Origin: Porphyromonadaceae bacterium UBA2720
GTDB taxonomy: Bacteria > Bacteroidota > Bacteroidia > Bacteroidales > Muribaculaceae
DNA: 64,000 bases
NCBI GenBank assembly: GCA_002353885.1
Contig: DEKO01000147.1
Span: 4,443-68,442, forward strand
Direction of reading: 5' to 3'
Shown here: piece after piece, positions 27,928 to 37,716 of the stretch
Layout: each line of letters begins with the position of its first letter
Position numbering within the stretch: position 1 is the first letter of the stretch
The notes under the pieces: generated by a model
The model's database searches: none
What the model was told of the DNA's origin: nothing
What the model saw: only the letters and a program-made list of their open reading frames with translations
Translations under genes and position numbers: made by a program

Positions 27928-28848
27928 GTGGACAATTACATTGAAATACGCGATGTAGTCAAGCAGTATGACGGACATCTGGCACTGGACCATGTGAGCA
28001 TGGACGTGCCACGAGGGTGCATCTATGGCCTGCTAGGGCCCAATGGTGCTGGCAAGACCTCGCTGATACGCATCATCAACCGCATCACCCACCAGGACAG
28101 TGGCACGGTGAAGCTCGATGGCCGTGCCATCACCGACGATGACGTGGTACACATCGGCTATCTGCCCGAAGAGCGCGGTTTGTACAAGAAGATGAAGGTT
28201 GGCGACCAGATAGTGTATCTGGCTCGGCTCAAGGGTATGGACAAGGCCACGGCCACCGCCGAGATGCAGCAGTGGCTCGAGCGGTTTGACCTGGGCGAGT
28301 GGCGCGACAAGAAGCTCGAGGCCCTGAGCAAGGGCATGCAGCAGAAGGTTCAGTTCATCGCCACCGTCATCCATCGCCCGCAGCTGCTCATCTTCGACGA
28401 GCCTTTCTCAGGCTTCGATCCGGTCAATGCCGACCAGCTCAAGGCAGAGATTTTGCGTCTCAAGCAAGAAGGCAGCACGGTGCTGTTCTCGACCCACAAC
28501 ATGGAGAGTGTCGAGGCCATCTGCGAGCGCATCACGCTCATCAACCACTCGCGTGTGGTTCTTGATGGCAACGTCGATGACATCCGTCAACAGCACAAGC
28601 AGGGCATTCTGGCTGTTGATTTATCGCCCGGCCAGCAACTGCAGCCGTGCGATGCGCTCTACACCATCTTGCCAACTTCGGGCAGTGGTCGCGAGACGCA
28701 GGTGCGTCTGCAGGCCGGTGTGAGCATGCACGATGCCATAGCCTGGCTCAACGACCACTGCGCCCTCACCGGCTTCCATGAGATATTGCCGTCGATGCAC
28801 GACATCTTTGTAAACACTGTTAAAGACCAAGACCATGAGCAAGCTTAA
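27928..28848 (+). CDS. ABC-2 transporter ATP-binding protein
   Basis: GPNGAGKT, LSKGMQQK, IFDEP; GTG start. Confidence 0.93.
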   Translation: MDNYIEIRDVVKQYDGHLALDHVSMDVPRGCIYGLLGPNGAGKTSLIRIINRITHQDSGTVKLDGRAITDDDVVHIGYLPEERGLYKKMKVGDQIVYLARLKGMDKATATAEMQQWLERFDLGEWRDKKLEALSKGMQQKVQFIATVIHRPQLLIFDEPFSGFDPVNADQLKAEILRLKQEGSTVLFSTHNMESVEAICERITLINHSRVVLDGNVDDIRQQHKQGILAVDLSPGQQLQPCDALYTILPTSGSGRETQVRLQAGVSMHDAIAWLNDHCALTGFHEILPSMHDIFVNTVKDQDHEQA

Positions 28849-30160
28849 ATTGATTATTGCCCGCGAATACATGTCGATGGTGGGACGTAAGTCGTTCATC
28901 ATCATGACCATCCTCATCCCCATCCTGATGATTGCTTGTGTGCTATTGCCCATCGGCATCGGCTACCTCAACCGCGAGGGCAGCGATGTCGAGACGGTCG
29001 CCGTCATCGACCAGACCGGCCGCTATGGCAGTGCGCTCACCGACACCGACCTCTATCACTTCATGCCCCTGCGTGGCGACACGGTGGCCGACCCGCACAA
29101 GTTCTATGCGCAAGCCGATGGACAGCTGGCAGCCGTTGTTGTCATCCCGCATGACATCGACTCGGTGCACCAGCTCACCATCTACAGCGACAAGACCATC
29201 AACGCGTCACTCAAGATGTCGCTAGGTCGTCAGTTGAGCGACACCATCACGCGTGCCCATGTGGCCAGTTATGGCGTGCCCAACCTGCAGCAGATGATCG
29301 ACGAGTCGAGCGTCAATGTCGATGTCAAGAGCGTCAAGTGGACCGACGACGGTACCGAGACCGAGACCAGCACCGAGATTGCCATGGGCATCGGCTTTGT
29401 GCTGGCGTTCCTCATCTACATGTTCGTGCTGATGTATGGCGCCATGATCATGAATGGTGTCATCGAGGAGAAGACCAACCGCATCGTCGAGGTGATCGTC
29501 AGCTCGTGCAAGCCCTTCGAGTTGATGATGGGCAAGATTATCGGTGTGGCGCTTGTGGGCCTGACGCAGCTGGCCATCTGGACCGTGGTGATGCTGGCGT
29601 TGAGTGCGGTTGCTGGCAGCACTTTGGGTCTGGCCATGGGCGATACTTTTGCCATGTCCAATGACCCCGCCGCCTTGCAGGCCGCCCTGGCTGAGGGTGG
29701 CAATGCCGACATGAGCGGCATCGTCCAGGCCATCTTGGGCGTCAACTACCTGCAGATATTCTTGGCGTTCATCTTTTACTTCATCGGCGGTTATCTGCTC
29801 TATGCCGCACTGTTTGCCGCCTTCGGCTCGGCCGTCGACCAGGCCAACGACGCCTCGCAGTTCACCACGCCCATCATCATCATCATGATCATCTCCCTCT
29901 ATGCCGGCATGGCTTGCGTGGAGAACCCCAACGGCCCGATGGCGCTGTGGTGCTCGATGATACCGTTCACATCGCCCATCGTGATGATGGTCAGGTTGCC
30001 CTTCGACGTGCCCCTGTGGCAGCTGGCATTGAGCATCATTCTGCTCTTTGGCACAGCCGCGCTGATGGTGTGGATTGCCTCGCGCATCTATCGCATCGGC
30101 ATCCTGCTCTATGGCAAGAAGACCAGCTATCGCGACCTCATCGGCTGGCTGCGACGATAG
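28835..30160 (+). CDS. ABC-2 transporter permease (NatB/YhaP-like)
   Basis: EEKTNRIVEVIVSS..LMMGK motif, multiple TMs. Confidence 0.9.
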   Translation: MSKLKLIIAREYMSMVGRKSFIIMTILIPILMIACVLLPIGIGYLNREGSDVETVAVIDQTGRYGSALTDTDLYHFMPLRGDTVADPHKFYAQADGQLAAVVVIPHDIDSVHQLTIYSDKTINASLKMSLGRQLSDTITRAHVASYGVPNLQQMIDESSVNVDVKSVKWTDDGTETETSTEIAMGIGFVLAFLIYMFVLMYGAMIMNGVIEEKTNRIVEVIVSSCKPFELMMGKIIGVALVGLTQLAIWTVVMLALSAVAGSTLGLAMGDTFAMSNDPAALQAALAEGGNADMSGIVQAILGVNYLQIFLAFIFYFIGGYLLYAALFAAFGSAVDQANDASQFTTPIIIIMIISLYAGMACVENPNGPMALWCSMIPFTSPIVMMVRLPFDVPLWQLALSIILLFGTAALMVWIASRIYRIGILLYGKKTSYRDLIGWLRR

Positions 30161-30192
30161 TGTCATACCGATAACGCGGCTACCGGTCGCTA

Positions 30193-30237
30193 ACACCCCC
30201 GTTCAGGCAGATTTGCACTCTGCCCGAACGGGGGTGT
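30193..30237. terminator. Strong hairpin between convergent genes
   Basis: acacccccgttcaggcaga-tttgcac-tctgcccgaacgggggtgt. Confidence 0.7.
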
Positions 30238-30261
30238 CTAGCGTCTAAATGATGCGGTGGT

Positions 30262-32367
30262 TCAGTACTTGACTCCCAGGTTGTAGAGGATGAAGGAGTG
30301 TATGTCGGTGTACTCGTCAATGACCTTGCTGATGGGTTTGCCGCCACCATGTCCGGCGTTGATGTCGACGCGGATGAGCTTGACGGCGTCGCCGGTGTTG
30401 CTGGCCTGGAGCGTGGCGGCGTACTTGAACGAGTGGGCAGGCACGACGCGGTCGTCATGGTCGCCACTGGTGACCAGGATGGGCGGGTAGGGGGTGCCGT
30501 CGTTGCGGATGGTGTGCAGCGGCGAGTAGCCTTTGAGATACTCAAACATCTCCTTTGAGTCGTCGCTGCGGCCATAGTCAGGTGCCCAGTTCCAGCCGAT
30601 GGTGAAACGGTGATAGCGCAGCATGTCCATCACACCCACCTGCGGCACAGCAGCACCAAACAGGTCGGGACGTTGGTTGACCACCGCACCGACGAGCAGT
30701 CCGCCATTGCTGGCTCCGTTGCAGGCAATCTTCTTGGGCGTGGTGTAGCCCTGCTTGATGAGCCACTCGGCTGCTGCAATGAAGTCGTCAAACACATTCT
30801 GCTTCTGAAGCTTGGTGCCGGCCTCGTGCCACTGCTCGCCATACTCGCCGCCGCCGCGCAAGTTGGTGAACGCGCCGATGCCTCCTGCGTCAATCATGCA
30901 GAAGGGAGTGCGGCTGTAGCTGAACGCGGGGTTGAGGCTGACGTTGAACCCTCCGTAGCCATAGAGGAACACCGGGCGCTTGCCGTCGCGCTTGAGACCC
31001 TTCTTGTAGATGAGGAACATCGGAATCTTGGTGCCGTCCTTGCTGGTGTAGAACACCTGCTCGGTCACATAGTTCTCGGGAGTGAGAGCCACCTTGGGTC
31101 GGAAGATCTCGCGTGACTGCCCGGTGGCCATGTCATAGCTATAAATTGATGTGGGGAACACGTAGCTAGTGAAGCTGTAGAACACCTCCTGCTGGTCTTG
31201 CTTGCTGCTGAAGCCCACCGAGCCGAACGTGGGTAGCTCAATCTCGCGCACCTCGCGGCCCTGACGGTCGTAGACGTAGGGGTGGCTCGAAGCGTCGCGG
31301 TCGTAGGTGAGGATAAACTGGTGGTCGGCCATCTGTGCGCCGCTCAACACCCACTCCTTTTCAGGGACAAAGTCGGTGAAGTTGTTCTCACCCAAGTGGT
31401 TGGCATCGTAGGCGCGGATTTTGTATCGCGGCGCACCGTCGTTGGTGAAGACATAGATTTTGCCGTCCTGGATGCCGATGGGGCTGTAGGCATAACGCAT
31501 GTTGCCGGCCAGGCGCACATAGTGCGGGTTGCGGTCTTTCAGGTCCTTGACCCACAACTCGTTGCCATCGCCATCGCTCACCCAGCCGAAGAGGTAGCGC
31601 TCGTCATCAGACACTGTCACCTGGTGGAACAGCAGCGGCTCGCGCTGGTTCTGCAGCTCGATGTAGTCCTCGCTCTGCGGCGTGCCCAGCTTGTGATACT
31701 TGACCTTGTGATACTCGTTCTTTGACGACTTGGCGTCCTCGGGCGCGTCATAGCAGCTGTAGAAGAACCCGTCGCCCAGCCACTGTGCGTCGGTAAACTT
31801 GGCCCACACAATGTGGTCGTCAAGCAGCTTGCCCGTGTGCAGGTCCAGCACATAGATTTCGTTCCAGTCGCTGCCGTTGCGCGAAATGACGTATGCCATA
31901 TATCGTCCGTCGTGCGAAAAGTCGACACCGCTCAGCGCCACTGTGCCGTCGGCCGACAGTGTGTTGGGGTCGAGCACCACGCGTGGCTCGGCATCCATGT
32001 TGTCGCGCACATAGAGCACACTTTGGTTCTGCAGACCATTGTTCTTGAAGAAGTAGAACTTGTCTTTGACCTTGAAGGGTGCGCCCACCTTCTCAAAGTT
32101 GGCGAGCTCGGTGATGCGTTTCTTGACCTTGTTGCGGAAAGGAATCTTCTTCAGATAGTCTTGAGTCAACTGGTTCTCAGCCTTGACCCACGCGGCAGTC
32201 TCGGCGCTATTGTCATCCTCAAGCCAGCGATAAGGGTCGGCCACGGGGGTGCCAAAGTAAGTGTCGACCGTGTCAACTCGTCGTGCCTCGGGATACTGGA
32301 TGGTGCGGGCCTGTGTGGCCACACCTGTTGCGGCAATTAATGCGGCGCTCATGATGATGGTTTTCAT
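30262..32367 (-). CDS. Prolyl oligopeptidase (S9A) with signal peptide
   Basis: ADPYRWLED, YGYGGF, GASNGG nucleophile, DDRV, GHG; start MKTIIMS downstream of promoter 32398-32405. Confidence 0.95.
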   Translation of the reverse strand: MKTIIMSAALIAATGVATQARTIQYPEARRVDTVDTYFGTPVADPYRWLEDDNSAETAAWVKAENQLTQDYLKKIPFRNKVKKRITELANFEKVGAPFKVKDKFYFFKNNGLQNQSVLYVRDNMDAEPRVVLDPNTLSADGTVALSGVDFSHDGRYMAYVISRNGSDWNEIYVLDLHTGKLLDDHIVWAKFTDAQWLGDGFFYSCYDAPEDAKSSKNEYHKVKYHKLGTPQSEDYIELQNQREPLLFHQVTVSDDERYLFGWVSDGDGNELWVKDLKDRNPHYVRLAGNMRYAYSPIGIQDGKIYVFTNDGAPRYKIRAYDANHLGENNFTDFVPEKEWVLSGAQMADHQFILTYDRDASSHPYVYDRQGREVREIELPTFGSVGFSSKQDQQEVFYSFTSYVFPTSIYSYDMATGQSREIFRPKVALTPENYVTEQVFYTSKDGTKIPMFLIYKKGLKRDGKRPVFLYGYGGFNVSLNPAFSYSRTPFCMIDAGGIGAFTNLRGGGEYGEQWHEAGTKLQKQNVFDDFIAAAEWLIKQGYTTPKKIACNGASNGGLLVGAVVNQRPDLFGAAVPQVGVMDMLRYHRFTIGWNWAPDYGRSDDSKEMFEYLKGYSPLHTIRNDGTPYPPILVTSGDHDDRVVPAHSFKYAATLQASNTGDAVKLIRVDINAGHGGGKPISKVIDEYTDIHSFILYNLGVKY

Positions 32368-32674
32368 ATCAGGTTTTGGATTTTGTATTTTGGACTGCAA
32401 ATATAGCTAAAAATCGGGAATTGGCGGCTTTAAGCGGTCGAGAAATTTGTTTTTTCGATTGTCGGGTACCATAGCTACACAGCGTTGGAGACTTTAGCCT
32501 CTAGTCGTGACAGCAGGGACGCTTCTGTTCACTGTTCACTGTCGATGGTGGCACATGTACGAATCATTTGTGATTCGGCAACAGGGTGACGCAAAAAATC
32601 TTTCTTTGATGTCGTTGTGGCACAAAAAAGTGAAAAACAACCGGCTCGGCTCGGCCAGTTTCAATTTATTGTCG

Positions 32675-32682
32675 TACCTTTG
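32675..32682 (+). promoter_or_regulatory. -7 box TACCTTTG for pheT
   Basis: Consensus match; followed by a heptamer tract up to the ATG. Confidence 0.7.
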
Positions 32683-32683
32683 C

Positions 32684-32725
32684 AAGTTGAAACGCAAAAC
32701 TCGTAACTTGAAACTCAAAACTCAA
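32684..32725 (+). repeat. Heptamer repeat (AACTCRW-like)x6 forming the pheT 5' UTR
   Basis: aagttga aacgcaa aactcgt aacttga aactcaa aactcaa. Confidence 0.8.
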
Positions 32726-32729
32726 AGAT

Positions 32730-35195
32730 ATGAACATTTCGTATAAATGGCTGAAACATTACATCGACACCGACCTCACACCCGATGAGGTGAGTGTGGC
32801 ACTGACCAGTCTGGGACTGGAAGTGGGTGCGCTGGAGCGTGTCGAGACCATCCGTGGCGGACTGCGCGGGCTGGTGGTGGGACATGTGCTCACCTGCATT
32901 GAACACCCCAATAGCGACCACCTGCACATCACCACGGTGGACCTGGGAAATGGCGAAGAGCCTGTGCAGATTGTGTGCGGAGCACCCAATGTGGCTGCCG
33001 GGCAGAAGGTGATTGTTGCCACACTGGGCACGAAACTCTATGACGGTGACAAGGAGTTCACTATCAAGCGGTCGAAGATGCGTGGCGAGGAGTCGCTGGG
33101 CATGATCTGCGCCGAGGACGAGATCGGTGTGGGCACGAGCCACGACGGCATCATCGTCTTGCCCGACGACACGCGTGTGGGCATGCCTGCTGCCGAGTAT
33201 TATGGCATCGAGGATGACTGGCTCATCGAGGTCGACCTCACGCCCAACCGCATCGACGGCGCGTCGCACTATGGCGTGGCACGCGATCTGGCTGCATGGT
33301 GCAAGCAGAATGGTCGAAAGGGCACGTTGACCCGCCCCAGTGTGGAGGCTTTCAAGATTGACCGCGCTGATGGCGGCATCCCCGTCGAGGTGCTCAACGC
33401 CGAGGCTTGCCCTCGCTACAGCGGCATCACGGTGCGCGGTGTCAAAGTGGGCGAAAGCCCCAAGTGGCTGCGTGACTGGCTGATGGCTGTGGGACAGCGT
33501 CCCATCAACGTGATTGTTGACATCACCAACTATATGCTGTTGGGCATGGGGCAACCCATGCACTGCTTTGACCTCCAGAAGGTCAAGGGTGACCGCGTGG
33601 TGGTGCGCACGGCCCCGGCCGGCACCAAGTTTGTGACCCTGGACGGCGTGGAGCGTACGCTCACCGAGCGCGACCTGATGATTTGCAACGCCGAGGACGA
33701 GATGTGCATTGGCGGCGTGTTTGGCGGTCTGGACTCGGGTGTGACCGAGCAGACGACCGATGTGTTCCTGGAGAGCGCCTACTTCCATCCCACTTGGATA
33801 CGCAAGACGGCCCGTCGCTTCGGGCTGAACACCGACGCGTCGTTCCGCTTTGAGCGCGGCATCGATCCCAACGAGACGGTCTATAACCTCAAGTTGGCCG
33901 CCATGCTGGTCAAGCAGTTGGCGGGCGGCGAAATCTGTGGCGACATCGTCGATGTCAAGGCCCACGACTTCCCAGGATTTGCGGTCGACCTGCGCTATGA
34001 TTATGTGACTGGTCTCATCGGCAAGGAACTGGACCACGAGACCATCAAGAGCATCGTCACCAGCCTGGAGATGAAGATTGTGGCCGAGGACGACGAACAC
34101 CTGCAACTTGAGGTTCCCACCTATCGTGTGGACGTGCAGCGTCCGTGCGATGTGGTCGAGGACATCTTGCGTGTGTATGGCTACAACAACATCGAGTTCA
34201 GCCACAGCATGCATGTGAGCCTGAGCCAGCAAGATCAGGTGGACTTTGCCGACAACATGCAGGAGCACATCAGCAACCAGCTGACCTCGCTGGGCTACCA
34301 CGAGATGATGAACAACTCGCTCACGCCATCGGCCTATTATACCGAGTGCGAGACCTATCCCGAGGTGCACTGTGTGCACATCATGAATCCGCTGAGCAGC
34401 GACCTCAATGTCATGCGGCAGACGCTGCTCTTCGGGGGCATGGAGAGTGTGGCCCGCAACATCAATCACAAGAACCAGAACCTGCGTCTCTATGAGTTCG
34501 GTAACGTCTATCATTATGACGGCAACGTGAGCCAGGAGGAAAAAGCGCTGGCACCCTACACCGAGAGCACCATGCTGGGCCTGTGGATGACCGGCAACAA
34601 CCATGGCGACTCGTGGGCCGACAAGGCACGCCGTGTCACCGTCTATGACCTCAAGAGCGACCTGGAGAATGTGCTCATCAACATGGGCATCGACCTGGCC
34701 GACTTGACCCTGGAGCAGACTGCCGATGACACAGTCAATCCCGCCTTGGCCTACCGCAATCGTGGAGGCAAGCTCTTGGCCACGCTGGGTGTGGTCACCG
34801 ACAAGGTGCTCAAGGCTACTGACGTGGACCAAGAGGTGTTCTACGCCCAGGTCGACTGGAAGCTGGCCTGCCGCATGGCTGCCAAGAAGGACATCAAGTA
34901 TCGTGACCTGCCCAAGACGCTGCCCGTGCGCCGCGACTTGGCTTTGCTGGTTGACCGCGAGGTGACCTACGACGACATCCGCCGCGTGGTCATGGGCTGC
35001 GACAAGAAGTTGTTGCGCGAGGTGGGTCTGTTTGACGTCTACGAGAGCAACAAACTGGCTGCCGGCAAGAAGTCTTACGCTATCAGCATGACGTTGCAAG
35101 ACGACCAGAAGACCCTGCAAGACAAGCAGATTGACGCTGTGATGCAGAAGGTCATCAAGGCGCTTGAGACCCAACTCGGTGCTCAGCTGCGCTAA
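32730..35195 (+). CDS. pheT: Phenylalanine--tRNA ligase beta subunit
   Basis: MNISYKWL, IVCGAPNV, TPNR, RFERG, RRDLA. Confidence 0.97.
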   Translation: MNISYKWLKHYIDTDLTPDEVSVALTSLGLEVGALERVETIRGGLRGLVVGHVLTCIEHPNSDHLHITTVDLGNGEEPVQIVCGAPNVAAGQKVIVATLGTKLYDGDKEFTIKRSKMRGEESLGMICAEDEIGVGTSHDGIIVLPDDTRVGMPAAEYYGIEDDWLIEVDLTPNRIDGASHYGVARDLAAWCKQNGRKGTLTRPSVEAFKIDRADGGIPVEVLNAEACPRYSGITVRGVKVGESPKWLRDWLMAVGQRPINVIVDITNYMLLGMGQPMHCFDLQKVKGDRVVVRTAPAGTKFVTLDGVERTLTERDLMICNAEDEMCIGGVFGGLDSGVTEQTTDVFLESAYFHPTWIRKTARRFGLNTDASFRFERGIDPNETVYNLKLAAMLVKQLAGGEICGDIVDVKAHDFPGFAVDLRYDYVTGLIGKELDHETIKSIVTSLEMKIVAEDDEHLQLEVPTYRVDVQRPCDVVEDILRVYGYNNIEFSHSMHVSLSQQDQVDFADNMQEHISNQLTSLGYHEMMNNSLTPSAYYTECETYPEVHCVHIMNPLSSDLNVMRQTLLFGGMESVARNINHKNQNLRLYEFGNVYHYDGNVSQEEKALAPYTESTMLGLWMTGNNHGDSWADKARRVTVYDLKSDLENVLINMGIDLADLTLEQTADDTVNPALAYRNRGGKLLATLGVVTDKVLKATDVDQEVFYAQVDWKLACRMAAKKDIKYRDLPKTLPVRRDLALLVDREVTYDDIRRVVMGCDKKLLREVGLFDVYESNKLAAGKKSYAISMTLQDDQKTLQDKQIDAVMQKVIKALETQLGAQLR

Positions 35196-35224
35196 CCTAC
35201 AAAAGACAACTGAATACTTTTTTG

Positions 35225-35295
35225 TCACGAATTAGGGAATTAAAGGATTATTTAGTCGGCAGATGCTAAATTTTCGATAATTCTCTAATTCGTGA
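35225..35295. repeat. Cargo-free inverted repeat with 9-nt periodic arms
   Basis: tcacgaattagggaatta ... taattctctaattcgtga (17/18). Confidence 0.85.
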
Positions 35296-35309
35296 TAATG
35301 ATTTTAGTC

Positions 35310-36758
35310 ATGGACGATAATTCTAGACAACTTCCTCATCCGCTGGTTGCAGCCTTGCCACTGGTGGTGCTGATTGGGCTGCTGGTGGTGGTCATCGCGC
35401 TATTTGGCAGCGACTCGCTGGCTGGTGGCAGCCAGACGGCGCTGTTGATGGGCGTGGCTGTGTGCGTGTTCATCTCGATGGTGTTCTACCACGTTCCGTG
35501 GAAGATGTTTGAGCAGCAGATGGCACAGACGATGAGTGGCATCTTTGTGACGCTGATGATTTTGTTGGCCGTGGGTATGCTTGCTGGGTCGTGGATGGTA
35601 GGCGGTGTTGTACCCACGCTCATCTACTATGGTGTTCAGTTGCTGTCGCCGCGGTTCTTCCTGGTCAGCGCATGTATCATTTGCTCGCTTGTGTCGCTGC
35701 TGTCGGGCAGTTCATGGACCACCGTTGCCACGCTGGGTGTGGCTTTGCTGGCCATCGGTCAAGCTCTGGGCATCAGCACAGCTTGGACCGCGGGTGCCAT
35801 CATCTCGGGAGCCTACTTTGGCGACAAGATGTCGCCACTGAGCGACACCACCATCCTGGCCTCGTCGGCCACAGGTGTCGACATCTTTGTGCACATCCGC
35901 TACATGATGCACACCACTGTGCCGGCCCTGCTCATTGCATTGCTGGTCTATACCATTGCCGGCCTGGGTTTCGGCAGCGAAGGGGAGCTACACATCGAAC
36001 AGTATACTCGCGGCCTGTCATCTACGTTCAACATCTCGTTGTGGACGTTGCTTGTGCCGCTAGCGACCGGTGTTCTGATTTGGCGCAAAGTGCCGTCGCT
36101 CATCGTTCTGTTTGTCTCGTCGTTGCTGGCAGGCATCACCGCACTCATCCTTCAGCCGCACATACTGACGCAGATAGCCGGCGACCCGTCGTTGGGCACT
36201 GCTGCCGCTCTCACAAAGGGTCTGACCATCACCTACTGTAGCGCGACTGCAGTTGACACCGGCTATGCAGCACTGAACGACCTGGTGTCGACGGGTGGCA
36301 TGGCTGGTATGCTCAACACCATCTGGCTCATCATCTGTGCCATGTGCTTTGGTGCCGCCATGCTGGCCAGCGGCATGATCCAGAGTTTGACTGCTGTGAT
36401 TGTGCGTTGGGTGCGCACCCGTTTCTCGCTGGTGGGCTCGACCGTGCTCTCGGGCTTGCTGCTCAATCTCACCACCGGCGACCAGTTTATCAGCATTGTG
36501 CTCAATGCCGATATGTTCCGCGAGGTGTACCGTAAGGAAGGTTATGAAGGACGATTGCTGAGCCGCACCACCGAGGACGCCGTCACTGTGACATCGGTGC
36601 TGGTTCCGTGGAACACATGCGGCATGACTCAAGCTACCGTGCTGGGTGTGCCCACACTGACCTACCTGCCTTACTGCTTCTTCAACATGCTGTGTCCGCT
36701 GATGACGCTGCTGGTGGCAGCCATTGGCTGGCGCATCAGCCGCAGTACTGACAAGTAG
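35310..36758 (+). CDS. nhaC: NhaC family Na+/H+ antiporter
   Basis: GSSWTT, GAYFGDKMSPLSDTT, LVPWN motifs. Confidence 0.9.
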   Translation: MDDNSRQLPHPLVAALPLVVLIGLLVVVIALFGSDSLAGGSQTALLMGVAVCVFISMVFYHVPWKMFEQQMAQTMSGIFVTLMILLAVGMLAGSWMVGGVVPTLIYYGVQLLSPRFFLVSACIICSLVSLLSGSSWTTVATLGVALLAIGQALGISTAWTAGAIISGAYFGDKMSPLSDTTILASSATGVDIFVHIRYMMHTTVPALLIALLVYTIAGLGFGSEGELHIEQYTRGLSSTFNISLWTLLVPLATGVLIWRKVPSLIVLFVSSLLAGITALILQPHILTQIAGDPSLGTAAALTKGLTITYCSATAVDTGYAALNDLVSTGGMAGMLNTIWLIICAMCFGAAMLASGMIQSLTAVIVRWVRTRFSLVGSTVLSGLLLNLTTGDQFISIVLNADMFREVYRKEGYEGRLLSRTTEDAVTVTSVLVPWNTCGMTQATVLGVPTLTYLPYCFFNMLCPLMTLLVAAIGWRISRSTDK

Positions 36759-37043
36759 TTAAGGAGTAAGTAGTTTTTTTAGTAGTAGTGTAGTAAAGTA
36801 GTAAGGCCGATACATTATATTGGCAGCACGCGTCCCCGGCACCATCATGTAATTGACCCTACCTTAAAACATAGTTAAAAACAACATTTTCTTTACGTTT
36901 GTTTGAGAATAATGTTGTGTCTTTGCATTCCGTAAGCGGTTGAAATGGAATTTGTTCCGTTTTTTCGCCTTGCGAAATGCGATTATTTTGGTTGAAATTT
37001 ACAATCCACTTGATATATTAACCCAATTTTAAAAAACATCAAC

Positions 37044-37636
37044 ATGAAGAAGATTCTATCGCTATTGATGATGATGGCTCTGCTATGCGTCACGGCCCAG
37101 GCAGAGCAGGTGACGTTGTATTACACTGGGACTACAACCACCAACATGACCGGGGCAACCAGTTTGTGATGCCGGCACAGGATGTGCTTCTCGTGGCAGA
37201 GTTTGAGTTGGCTACCTACGCCATCAACATCCCGGAGGTTGAGAACGGCACTGTCACCGCCGATGCCACCGAGGCAACCATGGGCCAGACCGTCACCCTG
37301 ACTGTCACACCCGCCGATGGCTACAAGCTGGGCAGCCTGACTGTCACCACTGTCGACGAGCAGGAGACAACCCCCACCGGCGCACCGCGCAAGGCCCCCG
37401 AGGCCATCGAGCTGACCAAGGTGGATGACTTCACCTACACGTTTGCCATGCCAGCCAGTGCGGTCAATGTCAACGCGGCGTTTGTCGAGGACCAGAACAC
37501 CGCCATCACTGGCATCGAGGCCGATGGCCGCCAGGGTGTGCGTTACGTCAACCCGATGGGCCAGGTGAGCGACCGTCCGTTCCCAGGCATCAACATCGTC
37601 ATCGATGGCAACAAGACCTACAAGGTGGTGAAGTAA
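37044..37636 (+). pseudogene. Secreted protein with T9SS-type C-terminal domain, frameshifted or internally deleted
   Basis: Signal peptide MKKILSLLMMMALLCVTAQA from 37044 stops at 37169; beta-repeat plus CTD part (GNQFVMPA...YKVVK) is in another frame from 37154. Confidence 0.7.
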
Positions 37637-37659
37637 CTTCCTTGTTGTCGCACTAATAA

Positions 37660-37699
37660 ACATCAAGGGCTGCGCCACCACTGGCGCAGCCCTCGATGT
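37660..37699. terminator. Hairpin between convergent genes
   Basis: acatcaagggctgcgcca-ccac-tggcgcagccctcgatgt. Confidence 0.75.
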
Positions 37700-37716
37700 C
37701 TTGAATTGTAGGATGC

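Noticed and set aside
32406-32729. T-box or riboswitch upstream of pheT (and of leuS)
   Set aside because: The -7 box lies under 50 nt from the pheT start (about 100 nt for leuS) and no T-box consensus was seen.
32715-35228. 837-aa minus-strand ORF (also 22667-24496, 54089-56170, 24880-26328 and similar)
   Set aside because: Antisense shadows of well-supported genes caused by GC-rich codon bias; no recognisable motifs.
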